64,000 nucleotides of DNA from Candidatus Sumerlaeaceae bacterium (GCA_049968255.1 JBMFRB010000002.1:128001-192000), one strand, 5' to 3'; counted from the first letter of the stretch, positions 1 through 10,028 are shown. A program made the numbers and translations. The notes: a model not told the origin generated them from the letters alone.

Positions 1-1217
1 TTGTGCTTGATATCAGCCTGTTCAAGGGCGAGCCGCACTTGGGCAAATTCTGGACGTTTGAGCAACGCCTGTTTGATAAACGCTGCCTCCTTGCCTCTGA
101 CGTCATATTCGGGCACTTCTGGGAGGTCCATCGGCACCAACGTGACCTCGCGCATGTCGGAGATTTCAGCAAGCTGATTCTTGAGTTGGTCACTAACTTC
201 CTCGACTGTTTGCAGCGCGTTGACGAGAAGTTGTTGGCGCGCTGCCACATCAGCTTTTGCCTGCAGGACGTCGAGCTCCGGAAGAACACCCGCATTGTAC
301 TTTGCCGTGTTGACGCGAAGAAGCTCCTGTGCCTGGGCGAGAGAGATCCGGAGAACATCCACGTTTGCTGTTGCGAAAATCAGCTCGTAATAAAGCGAGA
401 TGGACTTTGTGAGCTCGCCAAAGAGCTGTTGCCGGTAGCTCTCGTTCGCCAGCTTGCTTGCGACTTCTGCAAGCCGAATTCCCGCGTTCGTGACGAAGGT
501 TCCGGCGTTTTTCAGTAGCGGCTGAGAGACTTGGACTCCGGCGCCCGTGGAATAATATGGGCTAAAGTAGTACGGGGAATTGTTGTCCACGGAGGAGCGC
601 TGGAAGAGCAATTCGATGAGCCCACCCGTCGGAAGAAGCTGTCCGACACTGACGTTTGTGCTTGTGTCTTTTTGCTTCTGGTCGGCAGCCATGCCCGTCG
701 GTGGAGTTCCCTTATAGGGTGGCGGGTAATTCGTCCTATCCACAGAGATGCTGGCGCCAAGGCGCAGATCGTAAATGCCGCGCTGTGCCTCGATTTCGTA
801 AGCGGCGCTTTGCATGCCCAGATCCTGAATTTTGATATTCAGGTTTTTTGCGACTGTTCTTGCAATGACCCCTTCGAGGCCGATGACGACTTTACGGCTT
901 CGCTTTGAAGAGAGATATTCTTCGAACTCCGCGATATCCGGTAAGCGAAGGCCCGTGCCGCTTGTCTCTGAGGCGGTTAGCGTTCGACTTGTGCCACATT
1001 CGAGCGACGCCGAAGTGGTGAGAGTTCCGAGTTGGGCGCCACACCCGAGCAACTCATGCAGCGTTGGCCGGCGCTGAGTGCTCTGTCTGGCATCTGGCGG
1101 AAAATCCACTGAGTTGCCTGAGATCCTGGTGGGATTGTCGTCTTTGGCGTAGGCAAGCCCCCCCACGCATAAGGCTGCCACGAGAGTCATTGTCCAACTA
1201 TGCCGCATCCTCAACAT
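1..1217 (-). CDS. TolC-family outer membrane efflux protein (3' end runs off window)
   Basis: Absent from the ORF track because it has no stop in the window. Hand translation from ATG 1217 gives signal peptide MLRMRHSWTMTLVAALCVGGLAYA, then SQPLLKNAG, YYELIFA, GVLPELDVLQAKADVA and ALLKRPE, typical of outer membrane efflux protein repeats. The frame is open to position 1. Confidence 0.85.
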   Translation of the reverse strand, partial: MLRMRHSWTMTLVAALCVGGLAYAKDDNPTRISGNSVDFPPDARQSTQRRPTLHELLGCGAQLGTLTTSASLECGTSRTLTASETSGTGLRLPDIAEFEEYLSSKRSRKVVIGLEGVIARTVAKNLNIKIQDLGMQSAAYEIEAQRGIYDLRLGASISVDRTNYPPPYKGTPPTGMAADQKQKDTSTNVSVGQLLPTGGLIELLFQRSSVDNNSPYYFSPYYSTGAGVQVSQPLLKNAGTFVTNAGIRLAEVASKLANESYRQQLFGELTKSISLYYELIFATANVDVLRISLAQAQELLRVNTAKYNAGVLPELDVLQAKADVAARQQLLVNALQTVEEVSDQLKNQLAEISDMREVTLVPMDLPEVPEYDVRGKEAAFIKQALLKRPEFAQVRLALEQADIKH

Positions 1218-1240
1218 GAAGACCCTTTCCGTGAGTCACT

Positions 1241-2386
1241 TTAGTGAGTGCAAAAAATGGTGACCCTGTTTCCGCTGCGACTAGTCACTCGCAGCTGAAA
1301 TGCCTGAAAATCCTGGAGGGCGCGGTCGAGAGCCGAAAAATCTCGCGGTGTCGCCAGCGCGACCACCGCAGTGTTACCGAAATAACTCCTTACGAAGGCG
1401 CGAGTGCCGTAACCCAACGTGTTTTCAAGGTAAGACGTAACCAGCGCGAGTTCGTCGAGCGACAGGTCGGTAAATAGCAATTCATGCGAGGCTTTGGCTC
1501 GGACCGCATGGTTCCAATACATTTGGATTTCTGAGCCAAACCGGTCTGCTGCGAGGTCGATAGCATTCTTCAGAGCTTCGCGCCAAGCGGTCTCTCTTTC
1601 CTTGTCCGCTGCCCGTGCTACAACTTCGTCGCGCCCTAAGGAGGATCCGTCGTCGGTTCTCACTAACTGAAGGACTAGACGAGTTTCATAAGACACCATG
1701 GTGTCGTAGAGTACGGGCGTTTCGCTCACTTTTTTGCTGATGCTGCGTAGGGCAACCATAACGTGGGCACCCTGGCGTAGTGCAGCAATTCTCGCTGCAT
1801 CAAACACTGCGGGACACGCAAAGACATCGGAAAGCGGAGCTGGACAAGTGGGCAGAGATGGCTCGACGACTTTTGCCCCCTTAGCCTTGAATTTCTCGGT
1901 CACGAGCTGGCGTGCTAGACCCGATGACGTCGGCTCACCATCTAGTATTTCAGCGGCGTAAACAAAATAGCTTGGGTTTGCATCGGGGAGATACAAAAAC
2001 CTTTTTTCCCGCAAATCGCGCGTCAGTGTTTCCGGCATGGTTTGCACCCTAATCCGCACGCCGAAACCATCGCGCGAAGCGCGGCGCTCAAGCACATAGG
2101 AAGAGGCAACGAATTTAGGCCAGTTTTTCTGAAGATAAGCTTCCAGCAAGTCACGTCCCTGGAGAGCGTAATCCGAAAAAAGGATATGTCCTACTGTGGC
2201 ATTCACGGCCCTGAGACAAGCGAGCCTTACGGCTTCCTCCTCCGTGGCACCAACTTGCTGATACTCAAAGGTGAGGTAATCAGGGCTTTCCACTGCTACA
2301 GCAGCGAAACCTGTAGGCCGCACGCAAACAAGTGCAAAAAAGAGAAGTGCAAGTTGCCACTTCCGCTGTATGATATACTCATTCAT
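1241..2386 (-). CDS. Exported hypothetical protein, possibly FlgT/LPP20-like N-terminal domain
   Basis: ORF 1241..2446; likely start ATG 2386 (MNEYIIQRKWQLALLFFALVCV, signal-like). GATEEEAVRLACLRAV resembles FlgT-N/LPP20 helices. Ends 23 nt upstream of the tolC-like start. Confidence 0.55.
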   Translation of the reverse strand: MNEYIIQRKWQLALLFFALVCVRPTGFAAVAVESPDYLTFEYQQVGATEEEAVRLACLRAVNATVGHILFSDYALQGRDLLEAYLQKNWPKFVASSYVLERRASRDGFGVRIRVQTMPETLTRDLREKRFLYLPDANPSYFVYAAEILDGEPTSSGLARQLVTEKFKAKGAKVVEPSLPTCPAPLSDVFACPAVFDAARIAALRQGAHVMVALRSISKKVSETPVLYDTMVSYETRLVLQLVRTDDGSSLGRDEVVARAADKERETAWREALKNAIDLAADRFGSEIQMYWNHAVRAKASHELLFTDLSLDELALVTSYLENTLGYGTRAFVRSYFGNTAVVALATPRDFSALDRALQDFQAFQLRVTSRSGNRVTIFCTH

Positions 2387-2516
2387 GATTGTCCCATCCA
2401 GCTCCAGCAGAATCAAACTGCGGTATCTTAGAACTTTCCAAGACAACGTGAACGTGGCATCCGCTCAAGGGTCAAGCACAATTACCTACGTCCTGCGGCA
2501 GCTCCCTGCGATGTGG

Positions 2517-3287
2517 TCATTTGCAGCGCGGCAGTCGCAGGTCGCTTACAAGCGGCCGGTGATCTGATGCCACGCGCGCAAGTGATTTGCGCGATACATA
2601 GCAGCGCATGACTTCAATCTCAGGCGAGACATAGATGTAATCAAGAGCGAGGAACGTCATTGGATGACCGAACGTTCGAAGCCGTTTGCGGCCAGTGACG
2701 AGGCAGGTATTGCGAAAAGCCTCTTGCAGCTTTTTGCTGGTGCGAACAGGCCACCAGTTATTGAAATCTCCCAACACGATGGCGGGGGCTGGTGTTAGGC
2801 GCGGATTGTGGATGATTTCCTCGCTTGCCAAACGTGCCACTTGTTCGCGGCGTTCACTGTAGCGCAGACCCAAATGTACACAAAAGACATGCACGAGGCC
2901 CCACGGTGTCTCGATGAGAGCGTGAAGACATCCCCGTGGTTCTCGGCCACCCGCCACGGAGAGATCGAAATGCGAAGTCGACCGAATGGGGAATCTCGAG
3001 AGAATGGCGTTGCCATAGGCCGCGTGCGCGTGCTTGTCTGATTTGCGGTGGTCGCGTACGGGCGCAAAACAATAGTACATGTCAAGTGTTTCAGCCAGCA
3101 AACGGGGCTGATCATCGCGCCGGGAACGAGAACGGAAACGCTCAATTTCTTGCAAAGCGACAACGTCGGGGCTTTCGCTGGCTAGGACTGCCGCAATCCG
3201 AGAAAGGTCGTAGTGACCGTCGGTGCCACAACCGTGGTGGATGTTATAGGTTAGTACCCGAAGCGTCTCTTGTTCCGGCTCGGCCAT
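2517..3287 (-). CDS. Endonuclease/exonuclease/phosphatase (EEP) family protein
   Basis: LRVLTYNIH, DVVALQE, YGNAILSR, LGDFN, LDYIYV and SDHRPL motifs; likely start ATG 3287 (MAEPEQ). Confidence 0.9.
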   Translation of the reverse strand: MAEPEQETLRVLTYNIHHGCGTDGHYDLSRIAAVLASESPDVVALQEIERFRSRSRRDDQPRLLAETLDMYYCFAPVRDHRKSDKHAHAAYGNAILSRFPIRSTSHFDLSVAGGREPRGCLHALIETPWGLVHVFCVHLGLRYSERREQVARLASEEIIHNPRLTPAPAIVLGDFNNWWPVRTSKKLQEAFRNTCLVTGRKRLRTFGHPMTFLALDYIYVSPEIEVMRCYVSRKSLARVASDHRPLVSDLRLPRCK

Positions 3288-3395
3288 TGCTGAGCCGCTC
3301 GGTTTATGCTGCGGATGACGCAGGTTTTTCAGCGGACTTTGTATGTTCATCGCGCCAAACTCTATTCTTACCAACCTCGTGGAGGAAAACGTCAC

Positions 3396-4682
3396 GTGTG
3401 TGCACAGCCCTCGTTGCTTGCGTGGCAAAAGGCACTCACCATCACCGCGAATCATTCGCCGGAGCCCTCCCCAGTAACGATGCCGCTCGTTGCGGCCCAC
3501 GGTCTGGTGATTGCGGAGGACGTTGTATCTGCGCAAGATATTCCTCTATTCACCAGCTCTGCCATGGACGGCTTCGCTGTGATTGCCGATGACGTGAAGG
3601 GAGCCTCGCTCGAATCCGCCGTTACTCTGGAAGTGATCGGAGAAGCGCGAGCTGGTCAACCGTTCCGAGGTGAGGTGGAACACGGTCAGGCGGTGGAGAT
3701 CATGACGGGAGCACCATTACCGGCTGGGGCTGACACGGTTGTCAAGGTCGAGGAAACGCAGCGAATAAGCGAGCGCCAAGTGAGAATTTTTTCAGCAGCT
3801 CCGCCTGCGACAGCGGTCAGAATAGCGGGACGGGATTTTCGCAAAGGTGAGTTGCTGGTCCACCGCGGGGAAAAGCTCACGGCCGGCTTGGCAGCGCTTT
3901 TGGCTGCGGCTGGAATCGGTGAAGTTGCGGTTTATCCGCGACCAAAAGTCGGCATCGTCGTCACTGGCGATGAACTGATGCGACCGGGCAGAAATCGCGC
4001 TCAGATGGAATTTGGTGCTATCTTTGACGCCAACTCCGTCATGCTCGAACTTCTAGTGAAAGAAATCGGGGCTGATGTGATCTTCTGCGAGTGGGTGAAA
4101 GACGATCCTGGGGCTTTGTCCGATGTGTTTCGCAGCCAACGAGGCGATTATGACATACTTATCCTTTCGGGCGGCGTTTCGAAAGGCAAATATGACTATG
4201 TTCGCCCACTCTTCTCTGACTGCGGGGGGGAAGTGCTTTTTTGGGGTGTGAATCAGCAGCCAGGCAAGCCCCTGTTAGTTGGAAAGCTAGATGGCAAGCT
4301 AGTCTTCGGGCTTCCGGGCAATCCTGTCTCCGCTTTCTTCTGTGCGGATCTTTATTTGCGCACAGCTTTGCGGCGGATGAGTGGGGAATCCGACGTTGAG
4401 CCGATCATGGTTACTGTCCTCCTGGGCGAAGAACTTTGCAAAAATGATGAGAGATTGGCATTTCGCCGCGCATACCTCAGTGCTAGGGGGAAACGGGTGA
4501 TTGCCTATGCCTCAGGCCCCTCAGACTCAAATCTTGTTCACACGATCGCCCGTCATCATGGATACATCTTGATTCCGCCGGAAAGGGCTCGAATTCGTCA
4601 AGACGAGCCCGTGCAGTTTTTGCTCCCCGACCCGACGCGGGTGCCGAAGGAACTTTTGAAAACATTGCTTAGTCTCGTGTAA
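3396..4682 (+). CDS. moeA: Molybdopterin molybdotransferase
   Basis: SAMDGFAV, IMTGAPLPAGADTVV, TGDEL, SGGVSKGKYD, PGKP and GLPGNPVS. Likely GTG start at 3396 after GGAGGA; the ORF extends to 3306. Confidence 0.92.
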   Translation: MCAQPSLLAWQKALTITANHSPEPSPVTMPLVAAHGLVIAEDVVSAQDIPLFTSSAMDGFAVIADDVKGASLESAVTLEVIGEARAGQPFRGEVEHGQAVEIMTGAPLPAGADTVVKVEETQRISERQVRIFSAAPPATAVRIAGRDFRKGELLVHRGEKLTAGLAALLAAAGIGEVAVYPRPKVGIVVTGDELMRPGRNRAQMEFGAIFDANSVMLELLVKEIGADVIFCEWVKDDPGALSDVFRSQRGDYDILILSGGVSKGKYDYVRPLFSDCGGEVLFWGVNQQPGKPLLVGKLDGKLVFGLPGNPVSAFFCADLYLRTALRRMSGESDVEPIMVTVLLGEELCKNDERLAFRRAYLSARGKRVIAYASGPSDSNLVHTIARHHGYILIPPERARIRQDEPVQFLLPDPTRVPKELLKTLLSLV

Positions 4683-4758
4683 AAATTCTTCTGGTAAGCC
4701 AAAGAGTGGGTCTTGCGCTTTAGAGCGTCAGCGGCCGCTTAGAAAATGAGGAACACGA

Positions 4759-5064
4759 ATGGAAAACGAAGCTGGTAATGTCCGGCGCGGACGTTCAAAA
4801 AAGCAAGAGGTGCCGGTTGATCAACTCCCACTCGACAAGTGTTTCCAAGAGTTGGAGCAAATTGTAGAGTCATTGGAGCGGGAGAATGTATCGCTAGAGG
4901 AATCTCTGCGATTGTTCGAGCGTGGAATGGCCCTCAGTCGCCGCTGCCTGCGAGAATTGGAGGCTATTGAACAGCGGATTGAAATGATTGTGGAGGATTC
5001 CAAGGAAGGGGTGCGAACGGTAACTTTTGAAACGCCTGAGAACGAAACCGAAGCTGATGAATAG
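4759..5064 (+). CDS. xseB: Exodeoxyribonuclease VII small subunit
   Basis: ELEQIVESLE..VSLEESLRLFERGMAL..C...L...EQRI pattern; lies upstream of dxs. Confidence 0.9.
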   Translation: MENEAGNVRRGRSKKQEVPVDQLPLDKCFQELEQIVESLERENVSLEESLRLFERGMALSRRCLRELEAIEQRIEMIVEDSKEGVRTVTFETPENETEADE

Positions 5065-5133
5065 GATACCTCGCCATGGCAGCGATTGTGGTGCCTAACG
5101 TAGTGTTCGCAACTCAATGCTCCTGAGGATAAC

Positions 5134-7062
5134 ATGCTAGAACTTGAACATCTCGAGTCACCGGAACAGATTCGTCACGCTGATTTCAAAACTCTCGAAC
5201 AGCTGGCCCGGCAGATCCGCCGGCGCATCATCGAGACCGTTGCGGTCAATGGTGGGCATTTGGCATCCTCGCTAGGCACAGTCGAACTCGCCATTGCATT
5301 ACATTACGTGTTTCAGACGCCGCAGGATTTGCTCATCTGGGATGTTGGGCATCAAGCCTATCCCCACAAATTACTCACCGGGCGCGCGAAGTCATTTTCG
5401 ACACTCCGCAAACGCGGGGGGCTCAGTGGATTTCTTCGGCGTTCCGAGAGTCCTTTCGACGTTTTCGGAGCGGGACACGCGGGGACATCCATCAGTGCGG
5501 CGCTTGGATTGGCCTTGGCGCGTGATCTCAGGGGCGAAAAGCACAAAGTTGTTGCCGTCATCGGTGACGGCTCCCTTACATGCGGCCTTCCTTTTGAAGG
5601 CCTCAACAATGCCGGGCATTTGGGGACAGATCTCGTCGTTGTGCTCAACGACAACGAAATGTCCATTAGTGGAAACGTAGGCGCATTGGCCAAATACCTG
5701 AACCTGCTGGTTCAGTCGCGCCTCTACAATAAATCGAAAGAGGAAGCGTATGCGCTTGTTCGGCGCGCGCCCGCAGGCGACAGGATCATTCGCCTCGTGC
5801 ATAAGCTCGAAGAAAGCACGAAAGGGTTGCTCGTTCCCTCAATTTTCTTCGAGGATCTAGGCTTCCGCTATGTCGGCCCGATTGATGGGCATAATGTGGA
5901 GGAGTTGATTAGAACATTCCAGCGCGTGCGCGAATGGCAAGGGCCGGTGCTCGTTCATGTTCTCACGAAAAAAGGCAAAGGGTACAGTCAGGCCGAAGGC
6001 GACGCTGTATTTTGGCACTCGCCACCATCGTTCAAGGTCGAAACCGGCGAGACGAAAAAGAGTAGTACGCTCACCTACACGCACGTTTACGGCAAGACGT
6101 TAGTTGAGTTGGCGGAACAAGACGAGCGTGTAGTGGCCATTACGGCTGCCATGGCTACTGGCACGGGACTTGTCGAATTCAGCCAGAAATTTCCAAAACG
6201 TTTTTTCGATGTGGGGATTGCGGAAGCCCACGCCGTAACAAGTGCCGCGGGAATGGCTATCGGGGGTCTGCGCCCTTTTGTGACGATTTACTCAACGTTC
6301 CTCCAACGGGCTTTCGATTCCATTGTCCATGATGTTGCTCTGCAGAATCTGCCTGTCATTTTTGCCATGGATCGCGCTGGGTTCGTCGGATTCGATGGCC
6401 CTACGCATCATGGGCTCCTCGACATCGCGTACCTGCGTATCATCCCCAACATGGTCGTCATGGCCCCCAAGGATGAGCAGGAGTTGCGCGACATGATGTT
6501 GACAGCGAAAAATTACACGGCAGGCCCGATTGCATTCCGTTACCCCCGGGCTTCAGTGACAGGAGCGGACATCACCGGCCCGCCCAAGGAGATCCCCATC
6601 GGCAAAGCTGAACTTGTCCGCGAAGGTCGGTCTGGAGTTTGCATACTTAGTTACGGACACATTTATCCGAACGTGATGGCTGCTGCCAACTTGCTTGCTG
6701 AGCACGGGCTTGACGCCACAATTATCAATGCCCGTTTTGCCAAGCCGCTGGATCGCCAAATGCTGCAATGGGCGGCGAAGCATCATGCGTTCCTGTTCAG
6801 CGTCGAAGAGGGGGTTCTGGCCGGAGGATTTGGGTCAGCGGTCAATGAAGCACTCATAGAAATGGGACTGACAGCCAATTGCCAGATTTTTGCCGTGCCG
6901 GACCTATTTATGGAGCATGGGGACCAAGCCTGGCAGCAAGATCTCGTTGGCTTGTCGCCGGAAAAAATTGCCCAGCGGATACTCGAGACGGTTAGGTCTG
7001 CAGGGGAGAGATTTTCTTTTGGTGCGCCGCAAGCTGTTTCGGTTTCCTCGCCTCAGCGCTAG
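5134..7062 (+). CDS. dxs: 1-deoxy-D-xylulose-5-phosphate synthase
   Basis: GGHLASSLG, WDVGHQAYPHK, GDGSLT..NDNEMSIS, DVGIAEAHAV and DGPTHHG. Confidence 0.97.
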   Translation: MLELEHLESPEQIRHADFKTLEQLARQIRRRIIETVAVNGGHLASSLGTVELAIALHYVFQTPQDLLIWDVGHQAYPHKLLTGRAKSFSTLRKRGGLSGFLRRSESPFDVFGAGHAGTSISAALGLALARDLRGEKHKVVAVIGDGSLTCGLPFEGLNNAGHLGTDLVVVLNDNEMSISGNVGALAKYLNLLVQSRLYNKSKEEAYALVRRAPAGDRIIRLVHKLEESTKGLLVPSIFFEDLGFRYVGPIDGHNVEELIRTFQRVREWQGPVLVHVLTKKGKGYSQAEGDAVFWHSPPSFKVETGETKKSSTLTYTHVYGKTLVELAEQDERVVAITAAMATGTGLVEFSQKFPKRFFDVGIAEAHAVTSAAGMAIGGLRPFVTIYSTFLQRAFDSIVHDVALQNLPVIFAMDRAGFVGFDGPTHHGLLDIAYLRIIPNMVVMAPKDEQELRDMMLTAKNYTAGPIAFRYPRASVTGADITGPPKEIPIGKAELVREGRSGVCILSYGHIYPNVMAAANLLAEHGLDATIINARFAKPLDRQMLQWAAKHHAFLFSVEEGVLAGGFGSAVNEALIEMGLTANCQIFAVPDLFMEHGDQAWQQDLVGLSPEKIAQRILETVRSAGERFSFGAPQAVSVSSPQR

Positions 7063-7153
7063 ACGTCAGTTAGCTCTTCTGGCGGGGGAATTTTCCGTGT
7101 CGGGGGTGTGGGTGCAAAGTGCTACACCTTAGTTTGGCTCGGATTGTTCATAG

Positions 7154-7185
7154 AAAAAGGCCGCTTGTCACACGGCAAGCGGCCT
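7154..7185 (-). terminator. Rho-independent terminator of the convergent minus-strand gene
   Basis: Perfect 10-bp stem aggccgcttg/caagcggcct next to AAAAA on + (U-tract on -), 30 nt after the stop at 7216. Confidence 0.75.
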
Positions 7186-7215
7186 GAGTATTTACGACAT
7201 CCGGTGTATAAGCTC

Positions 7216-8205
7216 TTACTGGAAGAGCTGCCAATCGCTAGCGGCTGTTGAGGGAACGACGTCGGTAATCTTGAAATTGTCAAACAACATGAAAGACTCA
7301 CCCGGTGGATTAGACCAACTCGAGAACGGGTCCCCAGCGATAAGACCCACTTTTTTCTCGGTCTTGGAACTCGACACCGTGACAATTGGATAGCCATTGA
7401 TGTAGAAGGTTACATTTGAGCCCCGTACAGAGGCACGGATTGTGTTCCACAGCCACCCTGCCACATTGCCCAATGTCCGTCCAGCAGGAGGCGCCAGGAC
7501 AAAGCTAAACTGGGTGTTGAAATCATGAGAGACAAATGGCGACGGATCGCCGGCCTGGAACGTCCCGGTCTGACCGTTGAGAGTCGCGGTCGGGCCACCG
7601 GTTCTTGCTGCTGGATCATAGCAGAAAATATCCGTGGCGCTTTCGCCGTTCTCACCATTGAAGCCGAACGCGAGCCCGTCCTGAGGATAGCTGCTGGCGG
7701 TAGTAGAGAGATCAGCATATGCCGGGTTGGTGCCCCACACGCCAAATGCGGGGTTGCATCCGCTCAGAGCGTTGTTGCGCAGTCCTCGAATGCCATTGCC
7801 ATTGCTCTGAATGACAATACCGATATGCTCAGTGGTTCCGCCGGCAGGGGATGAAATTGGATACGCGATGAATGCGTCCACTTCCACGTCATAGTTGGAC
7901 GTCAGCGGCACTGCCGTGCACCACACAGTGACGCCTTCTTGGTAGTTAGTCGTGTCGTTGGTGTTGTTAGATTCAATTTTCAAGCCAATTGTGTCTCCGT
8001 GTGGAGATGCAGGAATTGTTGTGTAGCCGGTACCGGCGGGAGCAGTGTCCGTGCCCCAGTTGTACCCGAACGTCACAGTATTGTCTGGCGTTTGGGTTGT
8101 GACGAAATCACTCCCGGCGGAATTCATTCCGCTGGAGATGACGACTGTGTCGCTCCATCCCAAAAGTGGAAGGCCGGCGAGAAGTGCTAGAAATGTTGTT
8201 CTCAT
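7216..8205 (-). CDS. Secreted Gly/Thr/Ser/Asn-rich beta-sandwich (ConA/DUF1080-like) protein with a short Trp-containing C-terminal tail
   Basis: GGAGG RBS before ATG 8205; signal peptide MRTTFLALLAGLPLLGWS; WNTIRASVRGSNVTFYING...KVGL...FDNFKIT ConA-like strands; ends VVPSTAASDWQLFQ. Confidence 0.7.
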   Translation of the reverse strand: MRTTFLALLAGLPLLGWSDTVVISSGMNSAGSDFVTTQTPDNTVTFGYNWGTDTAPAGTGYTTIPASPHGDTIGLKIESNNTNDTTNYQEGVTVWCTAVPLTSNYDVEVDAFIAYPISSPAGGTTEHIGIVIQSNGNGIRGLRNNALSGCNPAFGVWGTNPAYADLSTTASSYPQDGLAFGFNGENGESATDIFCYDPAARTGGPTATLNGQTGTFQAGDPSPFVSHDFNTQFSFVLAPPAGRTLGNVAGWLWNTIRASVRGSNVTFYINGYPIVTVSSSKTEKKVGLIAGDPFSSWSNPPGESFMLFDNFKITDVVPSTAASDWQLFQ

Positions 8206-8436
8206 GGCAAACCTCCATAGGTGTCGATTATGACAAGCGGTCCATGCTGGCCGCTTTGTCATTTTTGTGAGAGAGTCTTTCGTCCTCTTGCAATTGTTTT
8301 TCAAGGAAAAAATGATGGGTACATAAAGCATTTCGACAAGGGGGACGCAAAAAAACAAGTTGCAATCATCTGGCGCGCGCCAACCATCGCAAAATCACAG
8401 TTTGCAACCCTAGATGAAGAAGAGAGTGTTGACGAA

Positions 8437-9948
8437 ATGCCCGTAACGATGGACGCGATAGTCTCGCTTTGTAAGCGGCGGGGCATTATTTTTCAGAGCA
8501 GCGAAATCTACGGCGGACTTGCCAGCACGTGGGACTACGGCCCGATCGGTGTCGAGCTGAAACGAAATGTTAAAGAAGCATGGTGGCGCGCCCTCATTTA
8601 TGAGCGTGATGACATTGACGGGCTTGATGCTGCGATTCTTATGCACCCACAGGTTTGGGTTGCGAGTGGTCATGTGAGCTCTTTCACTGATCCGCTTGTC
8701 GATTGCAAACAGTGCAAAAAACGTTGGCGTCAGGACCACCTTCCCAAGACGTTTTCGGTCTGTCTCGTTCCAGCAGACACGCCCGACGCGAAGGCGGTCA
8801 TCGTCAAAGTTGTGGCGGAAGACGCCGACGATGCGCTGAAAAAGGCTAAAGGATCTAAAGATTGGGGGAGCAAACCAAAGGGTTATTGGCAAGTTCTTGG
8901 CGAGCCCCAGCTTACTGAGCCCGTTTGCCCAGATTGTGGGGGAGAGCTGACCGAGCCCCGATTGTTTAACCTCATGTTCAAAACGTTCGTAGGACCAGTA
9001 GAAGAGGCTGCGGCTGTTGTGTATCTCCGTCCCGAAACAGCACAAGGAATTTTTGTTAATTTTGAGAACGTGCTAACGACGATGCGCCGCAAACTCCCCT
9101 TTGGGATCGCTCAAATAGGCAAAAGTTTTCGCAATGAAATCACGCCCGGGAACTTCATTTTCCGAACACGCGAATTCGAGCAGATGGAGCTCGAGTATTT
9201 CTGCAAGCCCGGCGACAAGTGCAAACCTGGCGAGCCGACCGACATGGACTGGTGGGAGCATTGGAAGGCGGAGCGACTCAATTGGTACAAGCGTTTTGGC
9301 ATTCGTAGCGAAAACCTACGCTTGCGCGAACATGCTGCCGACGAACTGGCTCATTACGCGAAAGGCTGCGTGGATGTCGAATATCGATTCCCTATCGGCT
9401 GGAGCGAGTTGGAAGGAATCGCGAACCGAACGGATTATGATCTGACGCAGCACATGAGACATTCTGGCCGTGATCTGCGCTACTTTGATCAGGAACGCGG
9501 AGAGCATTACGTGCCGTACGTGATCGAGCCCAGCGCTGGCGCTGATCGCGCCACGCTTGCTTTTTTGTGCGACGCCTATCGCGAGGAGATTGTCGAGGGC
9601 AGAGAACGGCGCGTCCTCAGCCTTCACTACGCACTCGCACCTATCAAGTGTGCTGTCTTCCCTCTCCTCAAAAACAAACCCGAACTCGTGGAAATTGCAC
9701 AAAAACTTGCTCGGGATCTTAAGCGGTCCTTTTTCACAGTGTACGACGACACGGCAGCCATCGGAAAGTTGTACCGCCGACAGGACGAAATCGGAACTCC
9801 CTTTTGCGTGACAGTGGATGTGGATACGCTCTCTGATGGTCAGGTGACCCTGCGTGATCGCGACACCATGCAGCAAGAGCGCTTGCCGCTAGAAAAGGTT
9901 CGTCAGGTCGTTGCAGAGCGACTGCAAGCAGCTTGGGAGAGAGCATGA
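8437..9948 (+). CDS. glyQS: Glycine--tRNA ligase, homodimeric alpha2 type
   Basis: [51 protein letters not shown] and [14 protein letters not shown]; likely start ATG 8437. Confidence 0.96.
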   Translation: MPVTMDAIVSLCKRRGIIFQSSEIYGGLASTWDYGPIGVELKRNVKEAWWRALIYERDDIDGLDAAILMHPQVWVASGHVSSFTDPLVDCKQCKKRWRQDHLPKTFSVCLVPADTPDAKAVIVKVVAEDADDALKKAKGSKDWGSKPKGYWQVLGEPQLTEPVCPDCGGELTEPRLFNLMFKTFVGPVEEAAAVVYLRPETAQGIFVNFENVLTTMRRKLPFGIAQIGKSFRNEITPGNFIFRTREFEQMELEYFCKPGDKCKPGEPTDMDWWEHWKAERLNWYKRFGIRSENLRLREHAADELAHYAKGCVDVEYRFPIGWSELEGIANRTDYDLTQHMRHSGRDLRYFDQERGEHYVPYVIEPSAGADRATLAFLCDAYREEIVEGRERRVLSLHYALAPIKCAVFPLLKNKPELVEIAQKLARDLKRSFFTVYDDTAAIGKLYRRQDEIGTPFCVTVDVDTLSDGQVTLRDRDTMQQERLPLEKVRQVVAERLQAAWERA

Positions 9949-10028
9949 AATTCCTGCGAACTCGAGTGCAGAGCACGGATAGCAGAGTTTAGCGCTTATG
10001 AGCAATTCGCAAAGCCAGGAGCCTTCGA

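Noticed and set aside
3-1077. Plus-strand ORFs 3..518, 531..908 and 832..1077
   Set aside because: Antisense shadows of the TolC-family gene; no recognisable motifs.
8221-8436. N-terminal extensions of glyQS and of the divergent secreted protein in the ORF track
   Set aside because: They overlap each other across a divergent promoter region; better starts exist at 8437 and 8205. Similar over-extensions were trimmed for other genes.
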